From IMG/VR virus record IMGVR_UViG_3300020048_000088, positions 17,314 to 81,313 of that record: a stretch of DNA of 64,000 nt; one strand, written 5' to 3'. Numbering within the stretch: position 1 is the first letter of the stretch; each line of letters begins with the position of its first letter. Below, piece after piece: positions 25,218 to 38,070 of this stretch. The translations under genes were made by a program, and so were the position numbers. Under the pieces are notes generated by a model. The model made no database searches. It saw only the letters and a program-made list of their open reading frames with translations, and had not been told where the DNA came from. The stretch comes from a virus. Taxonomy: Duplodnaviria; Caudoviricetes.

Positions 25218-25810
25218 CACAGCTCCGACGCAATCCAGAGTGCACAGGACGCAAGCGTCATCAGCGCAAGCACCCGCCCGCCCCAGATGCAGAGGTCGTC
25301 GATGTAGTTCTGTCGAATATCGCGGCGCGAGGCGCCTCGGGTGTAGTCTTCGTTTCGTTTCATGCTCGCTCCAAAATTTCAGTTTCAATTCTTTGCCGAT
25401 CGCCATCGGTCATCTTTGCCTCCAGCCACGGCGCAGGGCGGCCGCGCCGGTCGCAGACGTCGAACTCGATTTCGCCGCCACGCTCGGGCTCCCAGTTGTC
25501 AGGATGGCCCCTGAGGTGGGCACGGGTGTAGGGTTCGATGTGCACAACATCGATCTGGCAGGGGATTCCTGCAATCCTTGATTCCATCGTCACCCTCCCA
25601 TCAGTTGGTTGTACGGGTTGCACTCGTCAAGCTCCGCCTGGTACAGCATGATTTCCGTGTGCACAAAGTTCCAGTAGCCAAGATTTGTTTGGTAGTCCCT
25701 CACCGCGCGGCGCCAGTCAGCCAGTCGAACCACCGGGTGCTGCTCGGCCTCGTCGTACTTCTTCGCAAGCTCTCCCGCGGTGAGGCCGAAATCTTTGATC
25801 AGGTGGTGGC

Positions 25811-26329
25811 TCAAAGTAAATCCCCCACCTTTGCGCTGCTCAACTGCCTGGCGTTCATGCGGAACCTGCAGCCGTCATCCAGACGTGTGACGCTCCAACC
25901 CTTGCGGGGAGCCCATGGGGATTCCAGTCGATACTGGTGGCCGCCGTATTCGACGACCAGCCCTGGGGCCAAGGTTTTCTTCGGGAGCTTGGCGGCGTGA
26001 TACTTCCGCACATCTTCGCGCCACTTGGCGGCAGACTCGTTGATCGGGTCTGACGCGGCGTCGATCAGACTCAGGGGGCAGTCGTAGTAGTACGGCCCCA
26101 TGTCCTCACTCATCCCCTTGTAGCCCCAGCCGCCGTTGCGGTCCTTGGCGATCAGATCAAGTGTGATGAACGTGCGGTTTGCGGACTCCTGCCGCACAAG
26201 CTGCCAGATGTGGTTTCCGACTGCTCGGCCCTTGATCGGCGTGAAGTCTGGGCCGAAGTGTTTTGCAGACATGATCTCTGCGACGTGCGCCTTGCGGCCC
26301 ACGTCAGCGTAAGCGAATGACCATCCCAT
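25811..26329 (-). CDS. DUF6927-like protein
   Basis: WGYKGMSEDMGPYYYDCP..SAAKWRE pattern. Confidence 0.6.
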   Translation of the reverse strand: MGWSFAYADVGRKAHVAEIMSAKHFGPDFTPIKGRAVGNHIWQLVRQESANRTFITLDLIAKDRNGGWGYKGMSEDMGPYYYDCPLSLIDAASDPINESAAKWREDVRKYHAAKLPKKTLAPGLVVEYGGHQYRLESPWAPRKGWSVTRLDDGCRFRMNARQLSSAKVGDLL

Positions 26330-26530
26330 GGTGAACTCCAAATGTGACCCAAAATTGGGTCGGGTTAAAAAATCAGTCGTTAGGGTCGAAACTGCTGAGG
26401 AGCTTGTCCGTATAGGCCTCTCGAACCCGTGCTGCGCGCTTCGCCTTCAGCGCATTCTGGCGCTCAAGCATGAGCATCCTGACCATGCCTTCCAGGAGTT
26501 TGACTCGCGCCTCCAGATCGTTGGGCTCCA

Positions 26531-26899
26531 TCAGTTTTCTTCCGGCAAAATCATGGCGAAGCGCTCGCCCTCGTTGACGATGTAGAACATCCAGGTGCCG
26601 TCCGGGCAGTCTGTGTGGATGTCCTTGCGCTGCCACACTGGTGGCACGTCGTCCTGCAGCTCCATGCTCAGGTCGGCCATGCCATCCTCGGCGCGGATGA
26701 AGACGATGCCCATGTCGCCGTAGGGAATCAGCTGCGGCAATTCCGTTGCGCAGATGTCTAAAAACCATCCGAGACCTGTGGCCGCGCAGGCTTCAACCCC
26801 GTCGCTGTACTGGAATTTGCGAGCCGCCCAGTGGCGCACGAAGTGGTTGGCGCCGCTGCGGCTCTCGTGGTAGATGCGTTTGAATTCTTCAGATTTCAT
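26531..26899 (-). CDS. DUF6876-like protein
   Basis: FQYSDGVE..GWFLDI..HTDCPDG pattern. Confidence 0.55.
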   Translation of the reverse strand: MKSEEFKRIYHESRSGANHFVRHWAARKFQYSDGVEACAATGLGWFLDICATELPQLIPYGDMGIVFIRAEDGMADLSMELQDDVPPVWQRKDIHTDCPDGTWMFYIVNEGERFAMILPEEN

Positions 26900-26911
26900 T
26901 TCAATCCTTGG

Positions 26912-29900
26912 TTACGCCTCTAGGGCGGAATAAATGTCGACGTCGAAGTTCTCGCGAACGTCGACGCAGTACCAGTCTGTGTCGTAGCTGCCCTGCACCC
27001 CCAGAAAGTTGTTCCGAGCTTCCTCGGAGTCATGCCCCTCCTGCGAGTTGATCTGCCCATCGGAGATTTCGAGAGTGAAGCGCCGTACGACGCCGTATTT
27101 GTGGATCATTCGGCTTCTCCTTCGGCTTCAGTTTCAATCGGCACCCAGACCCAAGCCGACACCCAGACGCCCTCGTCGGCGACGCTGAAGAACGGGTCGT
27201 CGTCGATCTCGATGTCGGCACAGGAGTGCATGGTGTAGTTGTTGCGCGCCGCCTCAATGGTCAGCTCGTGGGCAAGTCTGTCCGTTGTGAGCTCGTCCAG
27301 TTGGCCCTGAAGCTCAACCATGGTCCCCGTGGGCCAGGCGGCTTCTGCGCAAACCTTGCGCGCCAATCGTTCGATGTTGTTCATGCTGGCTCCTGGTTGT
27401 GGGGGTCGTCGATCTGGCGCCGTGTGGCCACCTGCAGCAGGCTGATGTCAATCCAGCGAGCGCCGCCCCTGCCGTTGACCGGGGTGACGTAGAGACTGAT
27501 CTTGGACTTGGCCTTGACCCGGTAAACCGTAGCGTCCTTGTCGTTGTTGAGGGCCACCAAGTCGTCCTCCTGGACGGAGTTCATGAGTGAGAGTTTCACT
27601 TCGACTCCTTCAGGATGTATGGGTTGACCCCCCAATAGAGCGGGTTGAAGATAGACCCATCCAGGTCGGGTTGGCCCTCTGGGAGGTGCTCATCGTCTTC
27701 GTTTCTCCAGCCGGCCAACTGGTTGAGGGCGTTGCTGCCCCCCACCACCTCGCGCTGCCAGCCCTCAAGGGCTTTCTCTGCGGCTTTCACGCAGGCTCTG
27801 GCGGTGCGCTTGTAACTGGGCTTGCCCAGCTTGCGGGTCAGCACCCACGGCACTTTGACCGTCTCCTGGGCTGTCAGGCCCCACGAATCTCCGTCCCACT
27901 CACCGGCGCTGCCGATGCCCCAGACGATCTCTTGGGCCTGCTCAAGGTACAGGTCGAGCGCCCGATCACAATCCGCCTCGCTCATGCCCTTCGGCTCGTT
28001 CAGGCAAACATCGTTGCCCGCCTCGGTCTTGTAACCGTGGACTTCCAGCACCACGCCGTTGTCGTCCGCACTGACGATCCTGAACCCCTGCTGGCCCCAA
28101 GGCTCGAGGTCTGCGTCCTTGCCCGTCAGGCAGACGTCGATCTTGTCCCACTCCCAGCGCCCGGTGTCCCAGCCCTCCAGCGCCTTCTTCAGGGCGTCGA
28201 TGTCGAGACCCCAGTCCTCCGGCTCCTCGCCGGGCAGTATGCCGCACCCTGGCGGCAGACTCCATCCAAATTTGCTCATGTCGACTCCTTGATTGGGGTT
28301 TCAGATTCGTAAATGCCGTTGATGAACACGTCTTCGCCGTTGGCCTCCGCAAGTCTCCGCACCTCTGCCTTCTGCGCTGCGGAGTCCGTGGAGTCGTTGA
28401 AGAACACCTCCCACATGTCTTCCACGTAGATGTTCACCGCATCGTGGCGGTTCTCCGCTTCAACGCAGAGTCCGCAGTCTTCGTCGTCGCCGCACATGCG
28501 GCCCATCACAAGGTAGTGCTTCATGTTGGCTCCGTTTGGTAAGCAGTAATGAGTTCGCTTGCGAACCCGTATTCGTCTTTGAGAATGTTGCAGCGCACCG
28601 TCGCCATCAGGGCGTCGAGCGGCTCCGCCTGAGATGCCACGAGACGCGCTGCCTGAGCTACGGTCTCGAACTCCATGTCGGGGTCGAACACCTTTTTGGG
28701 TCGGTGCTTCTCGATCAGCGCCAACACCTGGGGGCGCATGGCAGCGTAGGCCCGCAGCACCACGCCAGGTACAGGCCCTGTCGGGTCTCCGAAATCCCCA
28801 TGGGGCTCATCCGCAGACTGAGGCCACACGCCGACTACCTGATCAGTCTCGAGGTCGAGCGACGTGCGCAGCCACCACTCGGTGGCGCCTACGGTGAAGA
28901 AGACATCAACGTCGATGTAGCCTGGGTTCCCGGTCTCGACCTCAAGTTTGCTGACCTTCATGTCAGCTCCTTGTTGATGTGCTCCCGCATTTCCTGCAGC
29001 CCCTGCCGGGTAAAGACCCAGTGGGTGTTTCCAGGGGCTTTCTCGAATGCTTCGTCGTAGCTCTCGCATATGCCAAGTGGTTTAAGCTCCATGGTGTCGA
29101 GCCAGGCCCAGAAGTCTTGGGGCATGTCGGAGACGTTCGGTTCGGTGCTCACAGCGTGACCCTCCCCGCAAGGGCTTCGCTGATCTCGTCGTTGCGACGC
29201 ATCATGTCGACGAAGTCCACGAAGGCGACTCGAACGTCGGTGGGGTACGAGTTCTGGGGCGTCTTGCCGCGGCGTTTGAACTGCGGGTGGTTTTCCCAAA
29301 AGTAGACGCGAATCGCTTTCTGGGTGGTGACTGAATGTTTCATACGGTTCTCCATGCCTTGCAGGCTCTGGTTGACAGGTAATGGTGGGCCGTGGGGTCC
29401 GCCATGCGGTACTCTCTGAGCATGGCCACGGCCTCGCGCCGGGTCTCAAACTCATCGACGGTTTCAAGGTAGCCGTCACCTTTGCGTTGGACGTAAATCA
29501 CTTTGGTTCTCCGGTTGTCCGGAACCATGCGGCCCCGATGTAGTTGACCCAGTCATGCTGGGACCATAGGTTATGGGGCACTGGCGGCACCCCGAAGTAG
29601 TAGTCCCACCCCGTGGGTTCCCCAGAGAGCGCCCGAAGCTTGGTCTCGAGATCAGGCTGATCGTCTTTGTTGATGCGGTGCATCACATGCTCCAGGGTGC
29701 AGCGTCGTAGCCCGCCAGGCGGCGAATCGCCTCCGACTTGATCGACTCGACGATCTCGTGGGCGATGCTGCTCTCCCACTCGGGATGCTCACAGCTCTGG
29801 TAGTCAAGGCTTGAGGCGAGCTTGATCGCTTCCACAGGGGAGATGCGTTTGGCGTTGGGGTTGTAAACGCACCCCGTGGTGGGCTCCTGCTCGTGGTGGC

Positions 29901-31740
29901 TGTAGCGGTAGTTGACGCTCGTGACGTTCTCCGCATAGAGAATGTCGACGATCTCCTGCTCGTTGCCGGCGCCCAGACTGCGGCTGGGGTTGCCGACGTA
30001 GAACGTCACTTTGTTGACACAGGCGAATCGCACGAGGGCGGAGATGTGATCGGGGGAACAGATGAATGCTGACATGGTGAACTCCAAAGGTGGGGCAAAG
30101 CGCCCCGGGTTTCAGGTGCTGGCTAATTCTTCGTCGTAGTTGGGGTTGCCGTCTTCGTCTTCCGTCAGAATCGTTACGCTGATAGGGCGTTTCGAGTCGA
30201 CGGTTTCAGCGGCAGACCAGTCGGTGTTCAAGTCCAACTCCATCCACTCATCCTCCCCCTTAAACGCGAAGTGCAGGGTGTCCCACTTGATGAACCACTC
30301 GGCTATGTCCGCCCAGACTCTCCCCTCAGGCAGGGTGACACGGGATAGGGTGCCACAGTAATAGGTGGCCTCGATAAACACAGAGACTTGTTTTGACATG
30401 GTTTACTCCTTAAATTTGAAACGGGCAGGGGTCGTGGCGTGGGCCGCCGGGCTGATTCAAGGCACAGCGGTCCATGTAGGCGGCCGACAGGTCGTCGTAG
30501 TCCACACCGTAGACGTCGCACACTGCGTCAGCCGCATTGGGGTACTCCTGGCCCCGCTCGATGCGGTTGATGAGGTTGTCCAGCGCCCGTTCAAGGACTT
30601 GTTCTCTGTGCGTCATGCCATCACCTCTTCGCGTTTGGCACGGGTCTCAAGGTACTCGTGCACCTTGGTCAGTCGCGCCATCTCGGGACAGTTGTCGAAC
30701 AGGATTTCGTCAAATAAGCCGTTGCCGCGGTCACTCTCCATCAGCTCAACCTCTCGGTACTGGTCGAACTCGCCGGCGGTTTCCAGATGGGCGTGGGCTT
30801 CGATCAGGGTGGCGATCTGGTTGTGGTCCCAGGAGTGGAAGTCACCCCACTCGTCGAGGTCGTTGGAGTAGAAGCTGCAGAACCCGTCGCGGGAGGTGTG
30901 GTTGGCACGCACCATGAGGCGCAGGGCAGGGGTGTCGACAGCGTCGAACACCTTCTGCAGCGACTCGGGGGTGATCCAGCAGAAGCATCTATCTCCGGTG
31001 AAGTTGTATTCACGAGGCGAGACCAGCTCATCGAACGTCAACTCGAGGGCGAAGTTGTCGGCGAAGTTCTCGCAGTACGCCTTGGCGTAAGCCGTGTGAA
31101 CAGCGTGCCAATTCATCGAACTCCACGCTCGCATGACGAGGTCGCCGTTGACTTCCCACCCGGTGTCGCGGTCGGAGAAGATGCTGTCGAGGGCGCTGTC
31201 GAGCGCGCCGTCGTGAAAGCTGTTGTAGAACCCGCTGAAGGGGATCACGCATAAGTGTTTCATTTTGGACTCCAAAGTTTGGGCAAAATCGCCCGGGGTT
31301 TGCCAGGGGTTACTGGACTTCTCTCAACTCAAGCTCCGTGTTTCCATGCTTGGTGGCGTTGGTCTCCCACACTTCAAGGTTGAAGTACTTGAGCAGGATG
31401 CGGATGGTTTCCTCGATCTGAGCTTTTGTGGCATCGTTGCTCCCCGGCTGGAATAGCTCCGTCTCTACGACAGGCTCGTCGTTTTGGTTTACGAAGGTCA
31501 TAGCTGCGGGCCTTCCACGTCCTGAGCATGCTGAGCAAGCGCTCGCATGAAGCCCGAGAACTCCCTCGCGCTCAGGAACTGGAACGGCTCCCACTCGATC
31601 AGGTTTTGATCTCGCATGTAGCCCACCGGGCTGTCAGTCGCCGTGATCGCATCAAAGTGCTTCACAGCTTCCTCTTCAGTCACTTCCGCGTTGATCATCT
31701 GGCGGAAGGCGAACACCTTCCATTTGTCAAGCAGCTTCAT
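26912..31740 (-). other. Cluster of small early hypothetical ORFs
   Basis: ORFs 26912-27109, 27106-27384, 27381-27599, 27596-28279, 28276-28524, 28521-28961, 28958-29152, 29149-29343, 29340-29501, 29498-29683, 29683-30075, 30112-30399, 30410-30616, 31310-31501, 31498-31740; mostly ATGA/GTGA/TGATG coupled. Confidence 0.6.
30613..31263 (-). CDS. Acidic conserved-type phage protein (IPFSGFY..SPREYNF motif)
   Basis: 216 aa, Asp/Glu rich; motif recalled from phage early regions; function unknown. Confidence 0.55.
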   Translation of the reverse strand: MKHLCVIPFSGFYNSFHDGALDSALDSIFSDRDTGWEVNGDLVMRAWSSMNWHAVHTAYAKAYCENFADNFALELTFDELVSPREYNFTGDRCFCWITPESLQKVFDAVDTPALRLMVRANHTSRDGFCSFYSNDLDEWGDFHSWDHNQIATLIEAHAHLETAGEFDQYREVELMESDRGNGLFDEILFDNCPEMARLTKVHEYLETRAKREEVMA

Positions 31741-32011
31741 ACTCTCTCCAGTCATAGGTTGGCAGCTCGTCAACGACGTCTGCGTCTGCATCGAATCGAA
31801 GCCAGTTGGCCTCGTCACCATAGAGGTCACGCAGCCAGGTCAGGATCGGGATCGTCCACACATCATCCACGGGGTCGTCCGGCAGGTACACGAACCCGCC
31901 CCCTGGGTAGGTCGCTGCCAGACCCTCGAAGGAGACCAGCGAGTGTGTGCTGGGCATGTGCTGGGTGCTGATGACCGGGATGGTCATCACCCACATTGGT
32001 TTGGTGTTCAT
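31727..32011 (-). CDS. DUF5983-like protein
   Basis: ISTQHM..WLRFDADA..LPTYDW pattern. Confidence 0.5.
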   Translation of the reverse strand: MNTKPMWVMTIPVISTQHMPSTHSLVSFEGLAATYPGGGFVYLPDDPVDDVWTIPILTWLRDLYGDEANWLRFDADADVVDELPTYDWREYEAA

Positions 32012-35000
32012 GATTTCTCCTTAGTAGCTTGCGTCAGTCGGTATCACGCCAAACGCTGCCTTGGCCAAGTCGTAGATGTCGTTCAGACTCACCCGGACCG
32101 CGGGCTTGTCGGTGTTGTCGAAGGCCACCGCCCACCCGCTGATGTAGCGCAGCTTCTCGGCGCCGGCCTCCATCAGCACGCAGACCTCGCCGTCGGCGAG
32201 GTGCTCACTGATGTCGGATATGAGGTCGATGTCGATGCTCTCGTCGGTAGCCTCATCGTAGTAATACGCTGGGAAGCACCCTTCATCGGGGTCGTCGCTG
32301 TAGATCATTTGCATATCCCCTGCGGGGCTGCTCACCAGACCGGGTACGCTTTCGACCCAGGCGTCGAACGCCGCAATGTCCTTCACCTTGAAATAATTGC
32401 TGCGCGCGGTTCCGTTGAAATTTGCCATGTTGAACTCCTTGGTTATTTGTCCGTTTGCGACTCAATGAACGACTGGGCGTCGGCGGCGTGCCGAAAATCG
32501 GCAAGCCAGATTTGCACCAGCTCGCGCTTTTTGGCGTAGCAGCAGTAGACGCTGCTGACTTCCATATTGGTCTTCTGTTCGGTCTTGATTACGAGTTTCA
32601 TGTGATCTCCAGTTGGATGTCTTTGGTGTGTTCGGCAAGTTCGTAGTCGAACACGCTCTTGGCCTTGAGGGCAGCCATGAACTCATTTGAGGTGAGCTGT
32701 CGGCGGTCCGTTTCGGCATCGCGCAGGATGTTGTAGCAGCGCTGGTATTCGAGCAGTGTCTTGAGTTTCATATCGTTTCTCCTTCGTAGTCGTACTTGGC
32801 CATGGGTTCGCCGTCTTGGAGGATGACGACAGGCTCACCAGCGCAGCGGCCGTACCTGGCCTTGCTTTGGCGTTTGTACTCACCGTACTGGCGCAGCGCC
32901 TCGTGGTAGTCGTCGCCGGTGTAGGTGGTGCCGATGTTGCCGACAATCACTTGGTATTTCATGTTCGTACGCACTTGAGTGCGCCTCTTTTGGTGAGTGA
33001 AAGAACGTAGTCGGGGTACTCGTGGATAAACTCCTCCGACTTGGCGATGTGCAGGCTGGCCTCGGAGTTCTGGCCATAGCGCTCAAGGTCCATGGCCGAC
33101 TCAAAGAACGACGCCTTGGCGGTTTTCAGGCTTGGGTGCGGCTCGAACTCCGGGTACAGCGTCCCGGCGTAGCAGAGATAGCATTTCATTGCAGTCTCTC
33201 CCATCTACGTTGGGCGTCAGCACAGATCATGACCAGCGCCTCGCTCACCGGTGCATAGGTATCCATGACGCTGATGCCGTGGTACTGAACCGTGCGCTTG
33301 ATTCCAAGCAGGTCGCACAGGTTCATCAGGTAGAACGGCAGCGTGGCGACTGTCAACTTGTACCCGTCAGTGGCGAGGCTCATGCGCTTGTTGGCCCACT
33401 CCAGACACTTGACCAGATGCTTGAGCTGGTCGATTCCGGCACTGTGAACGTCGTGCGCCTTGAGCTCGATCTGAACCTGACCGTCTTTGAAGACTGCCAG
33501 GCGCATACCGAGGTCCTGCCAGCACTGGGTGTGGTACTGGGGCATGTACCCCTCAGCTGCCTGCTGGGCGCGGAAACTGACCCGGGTGCTGTCCACAGAA
33601 CAGACGCTCGGGCCATAGTCGGCGCTGCCGATGCGCTCGCAGGTCGAAGACTTGCCAGGCCACGTCGGGATGAAGACTTCGACGCCTTTCATACTGTCAC
33701 CCCCTGCGCATACCAAGGGGTTGTGGCTTCTGGTTTGTGCTCGGCCTGATCCGCAAGGTTCCACAGGTGTTCGGCCAGCGCCTTGGCCTGTTCGGGGCGC
33801 ATGGTGTGGGTGAAGTTCAGCCCACCAGCGTAGGCGCTAAGGCTGATCAGGGCTTTGCCATCAAGTGCGTTGTTGGGCAGGACGCTGAGCTCGTAGCCGG
33901 GGTCTGTCCAGTCGAGCCAATTGGAAAATTTCATGGGAACTCCTAAGGGTGGCGCAAATCGCGCCGTTGTTGTGGGGCATGATTGCCCCGGGGTTACTCA
34001 GCCAGGTGGCTGAGGTCTTTCAGGTGGCCCCTGCACAAGAGCAGGACGTGGTAGTCCTGCGGGTCCACCCAGTCGTCGTCGCCGGGGTCGAGGCTCCAGC
34101 CGTCCGAAGTCTTGGCTTCGTCTCTTGCAAGGCTCACAGCATGTTTTAGGCAGCAGGACTCCACATAGGCCAGGTAAGTGTCCTTGCCGAACTCGCTGGC
34201 GATGTAATCGGGCCGCAAAAGCAGTACGGTGTAGTTCATGACAGGTCCGTCTCAAGGCACCGCAGCTGCAGGATTGCTCTCTCAAGCATTTCCTTGAACT
34301 CCCCCGCGGACTCGGCGTCGTGGGCTTCGTCCATCAGGAACCTGAACAGTCCGTCGCCGCAGGTTTTGAGCTCCGCCTTGGTGTTGACGTACAGGAGTTC
34401 GCCACCACAGTAGTGGGCACGGACGAGGATTTGGTTGGGGTTGAGTTTCATGTTGTCATCCCCACCAGCGATTCAAGGTCCAGCGCCGCGGTGAATGGGA
34501 CAAGCCCACTCTCTTGGCCCGACATGTCAAGGATGACGCCCTCGTTGGTCACAATCACATGGAGGTCGAGAATCTCATCGTCATCCTCCCCAGCCTCACG
34601 GAAAATGAACCGGATTGGGTTGTCAAGGTCGATCCACGTCATGCCGTCGTCGATTGAGAATTGGTTGAGTTTCATGATCGGACTCCGTCCAAAATGGTCA
34701 GGTTGTTGGTGAAGCCTTCCTCGCTGGTGTGCTTCAGGCTGAACAGGACGATGAAGGTCGCGTCGTCGTAGATGCGCAGGGTCGACCCGCCGATCCGGTA
34801 CTCCGGCTCGAACACGGCCAGCGTCGCCGGGTAATCCTCAGCGTCCTCGTCCTCGGTGAACAGCTGGTAGCCGGCTGCGTAGTGGATGTTTCCGCTGTGC
34901 ACGCCCATCTCCTTGAGCCGGGTTGCGATTGCCGGAATGCGCTCCAGCCACTCGTCGCCAAGGTAGACCTCGACGTGCGTCGGGTTCTCGGCCCACTCGA

Positions 35001-35275
35001 CGTTGCATTGATACTCAGACTTGAATGTGATCACGATATGAACTCCCCTGTGGGTACCAGGCTCACCATGTGGCGCAGTCGCGCTGGCAAGCCGAATTTG
35101 CGCGCAGCCATGAAGCGCGCTTCATGGTCGGTTCTGGCCCACACGTCAACCGACGCGCCAGCCCATGTTCCGAAATACTTTCTCATTCTGAACTCCAAAA
35201 CCTGTGCACAAAAGCATGCATCAGGAAAGCGAAACGCTTCGGATTGGGCGGCATGCCACCCAATGTGAAACGAAC

Positions 35276-36190
35276 TCAGTCTTCGTTGTCAAGCCATTCG
35301 CCGTGCGGCCCTTGAACCTTGCCTGTCATCTTGGCCAGCTCGTTGGCGGCCTCCGCAAATTCAGGGTCGCCAAGCTGTTGGAACGCCGCGTTGCAGGCTA
35401 CCTGGATTTTGAGCAGGTTGATGGTGGTGCCGTCCTCCATGGTCAGGATGCCACCGCTGATGGAGCAGGGGATGGTGCGGGGTTCTGGCTTGGTAGCGTT
35501 GATGAGGTCCAGGCAGTGTCCACAAGGGTCGTCGTCGAACTCATAGACCTCCTGAATGCGCCGGCGCATCTCAACGCACTCCGCCGGGGTGAACAGCGGA
35601 CCGCCGTCAGCTCCCACGATGGACTCCGGCGAGTCCTCCGGGTGGAACAGCAACCCGTCAGCGTTCAGCTGGTCGAAAAACGCGTGGGCACCCGCCTTGG
35701 ACGTGATCGGCGTCTTGAAGTAGGGCTTCATTTCGGTCTCGTCAAGCTCCCAGCACCAAGCCCCGGCACCAACGTCGAACACGTCCACCCAACCCTCGCC
35801 CTCGACCCAAATGGTGTGGAGCTTCCAAGTCTCCAGCTCATCCACACCCTCGACCCTTGCCGTCCACGTTTTGAACTCGGGGTCGTACTCAAACTCCCCA
35901 TAGGTGTTGGTGTTGGCGTTCGCCATTCTCTGCATCTCGCAGGGGGTGAAGCTCGGCATCGCCCAGCCATTCCAGCGGCTCCCGTCGCTGTAAGCGCGGT
36001 AGGGCGCGCCTCCGTCAATCGACACCAGCACTGGCCCATAGGGCCGGACCTCGATGCAGGGCTTGAACTTCTTGAAGAAGTCTTCGGCGCTTGTTTCAAT
36101 ACGAAACCCCCCTCCCGATGCCCAGAACGCGATTGGGGTGTCTGGGTCAATTTGGACCCGAACCCCGTCTTCGTCTTCAAATTCAATCAT
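35276..36190 (-). CDS. Acidic multi-domain hypothetical protein (DGSRWNGWAMP motif)
   Basis: 304 aa; looks like a fusion of several small phage domains. Confidence 0.55.
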   Translation of the reverse strand: MIEFEDEDGVRVQIDPDTPIAFWASGGGFRIETSAEDFFKKFKPCIEVRPYGPVLVSIDGGAPYRAYSDGSRWNGWAMPSFTPCEMQRMANANTNTYGEFEYDPEFKTWTARVEGVDELETWKLHTIWVEGEGWVDVFDVGAGAWCWELDETEMKPYFKTPITSKAGAHAFFDQLNADGLLFHPEDSPESIVGADGGPLFTPAECVEMRRRIQEVYEFDDDPCGHCLDLINATKPEPRTIPCSISGGILTMEDGTTINLLKIQVACNAAFQQLGDPEFAEAANELAKMTGKVQGPHGEWLDNED

Positions 36191-36462
36191 TTTATTTCTC
36201 CTTCGTCTTCGTCGCAAAAGTCGCACTGGGATTTCCAAAAGGGAACCCGAATCTGCTTGCACTCCGGGCACAGGTGGTCGAAGCGTCGCATGAATTTCTT
36301 AAGCCAGTTCATTCGACCTCCAACTCGGTCGTGAACAGTCGCCCTTCGGCGTAGGCATCAAGCAGCATGATTGCCAACTGGCAGTTATTCTCAAAGTAAT
36401 CCCTGTCGCTCTCCATGTAGCCTGGGTAGCGTCCTTCTTCGTAAGTGCGACGGGGCTTGTGT

Positions 36463-36846
36463 TCAGGAAAGCTCATCAGGCACCTCCACTGCGTCACCCA
36501 ACTTACTTGCCACATAGCAGCGCATGGCTGCTACCAATGGGGTTGAGCCCTTGTACCGTGGTGCTGGCATCGCTCTATCGTCCCACGCCTCCCACACGCC
36601 CCACCCGCAGAAATCCATGCCGACGTGCTCACGCTCAATGATCGGGCCACCTTGTGCCCAATCGGTTGAAGGTGAAAATCGCTTACCAACGTAATGAGCA
36701 ACAGCACAACCAACTCTTTTCTCTGGGCATGGCACCAGATTCCTTTCAACCACCGCTCCGTTTCTGATACGGTGGTTAATGCCCTGTATTTCAGCCACAG
36801 CCCAGTCAAGGGTCGCGCCCGTCAGTTCGCTTGTTTTGATCTTCAT
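36463..36846 (-). CDS. NinX/DUF2591-family protein
   Basis: KTSELTG..LDWAVA..FSPSTDWAQGGPIIERE..TPLVAAMRCYVASKLG..VEVP. Confidence 0.8.
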   Translation of the reverse strand: MKIKTSELTGATLDWAVAEIQGINHRIRNGAVVERNLVPCPEKRVGCAVAHYVGKRFSPSTDWAQGGPIIEREHVGMDFCGWGVWEAWDDRAMPAPRYKGSTPLVAAMRCYVASKLGDAVEVPDELS

Positions 36847-37752
36847 TCGACCTCCGCATAGATTTCGCCCGGGAATCTCCCCCACGGGCGGGGTGCCTTG
36901 TGAATGGCGGCGCCGTAAGTCATGGCACGCACCGTCGCGATTTGGCGCCCCTCTGGCGCCCAGAACAGTTTCCAGGTTTTCATGTCAGTCTCCTCTGATT
37001 CCGGTAAGCACTTCGGCGGCAGCACGCTGCCACATCATCGTGTGGGTGCCCTTGGTGCCGTCGTTGGCCAGCAGCACAAGGTCGTACAGCTTTGGGGCTG
37101 CCTTGATCAGTCTGGCGTTGGCATCAGCGTTGGCCCCGATGACCCTTGCAAGGTCTCGCCCGGAGCTGCCAGCGTAAATCTCATACTCCGGGGCGTAGTC
37201 GGGCGTGCCAAGTCTGCTGACGTACCACGGGCCTTGGGTGTGATTGCTCATTTCAGAATCCTCCTGTGAGTTTGACGCTCAGGCCGTCATGGTTGGCGGA
37301 AAATGTGAGACCCTTGCGCACGAGGGACTCAATCACGTCCATGAATCGATCGTGATTGGGGCAGACAATTACCATCCCGCCCATTGGGACGGGGCCACTC
37401 CCAATGGGCGGGCTGGGGCTGTCGGTGCTGCAGCGGTTGAGGGGTTTCATACCAGCACCTCCACTGGCGCCTTGCGCAGCATCGCCGGCAACACCCCCAT
37501 GTAGGCCTTGCCAAACCCGCGGTCTTCAAAGAAGACTTGGCGCTCATCACCCACATCCCGAAACACCTTCAGCACCAGATGCGGACCCACACCAAACTTG
37601 ATGCAGGTGTCCTTGGTGAGGTTGACCCGTTCCCGATCGATCTCGAGCGTGGTGACCAACTCGTGATCCCTCACCCGCAGGGTGATGGTGGGGTTGTAGC
37701 TGGTGGGGCAGTTTGCGTACTCCACGTAGAAAGAGTTTTCCATGTTGTCTCC

Positions 37753-37980
37753 TTAAGTCCAAGCCAAACCCATGGCGACCAACTGCTCGCCGCCGTAAAC
37801 CTTGAGCTCGCCGCAGTTGGGGCACTTGTACTTCTGGGCATCCGGCTCCACGCCGCCGGCGATTTCGCCGCAGGCAAGGCAGAAGCCATCGTCACCCATT
37901 TCCATCGCCAGCTCGAAGCTCGGCTTGTACTGAAGCTTGCCGCTTCCTGCGCGGTACTCGCGCACCTGATCTTTAATCAT
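37753..37980 (-). CDS. Zinc-ribbon protein
   Basis: GFCLACG..VEPDA..YKCPNCG. Confidence 0.65.
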   Translation of the reverse strand: MIKDQVREYRAGSGKLQYKPSFELAMEMGDDGFCLACGEIAGGVEPDAQKYKCPNCGELKVYGGEQLVAMGLAWT

Positions 37981-38070
37981 GTTTGGACTCCAAAACCGAT
38001 ATAGAAAAGCCTATATCGGAAAGCTTTCGCTTCGTGATATGGGGCACGCCCCACATCCGGAAACGGCTTA
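37978..38070 (-). repeat. Structured intergenic element, copy A
   Basis: About 95 nt; three hairpins plus SD; near-identical 3' half to copy B. Confidence 0.8.

Larger units (their letters stand above)
23170..26531 (-). other. Cluster of small early hypothetical ORFs
   Basis: Contiguous or overlapping ORFs: 23170-23385, 23378-23566, 23547-23759, 23756-24058, 24207-24539, 24532-24993, 25217-25363, 25360-25587, 25590-25814, 26373-26531. Confidence 0.6.
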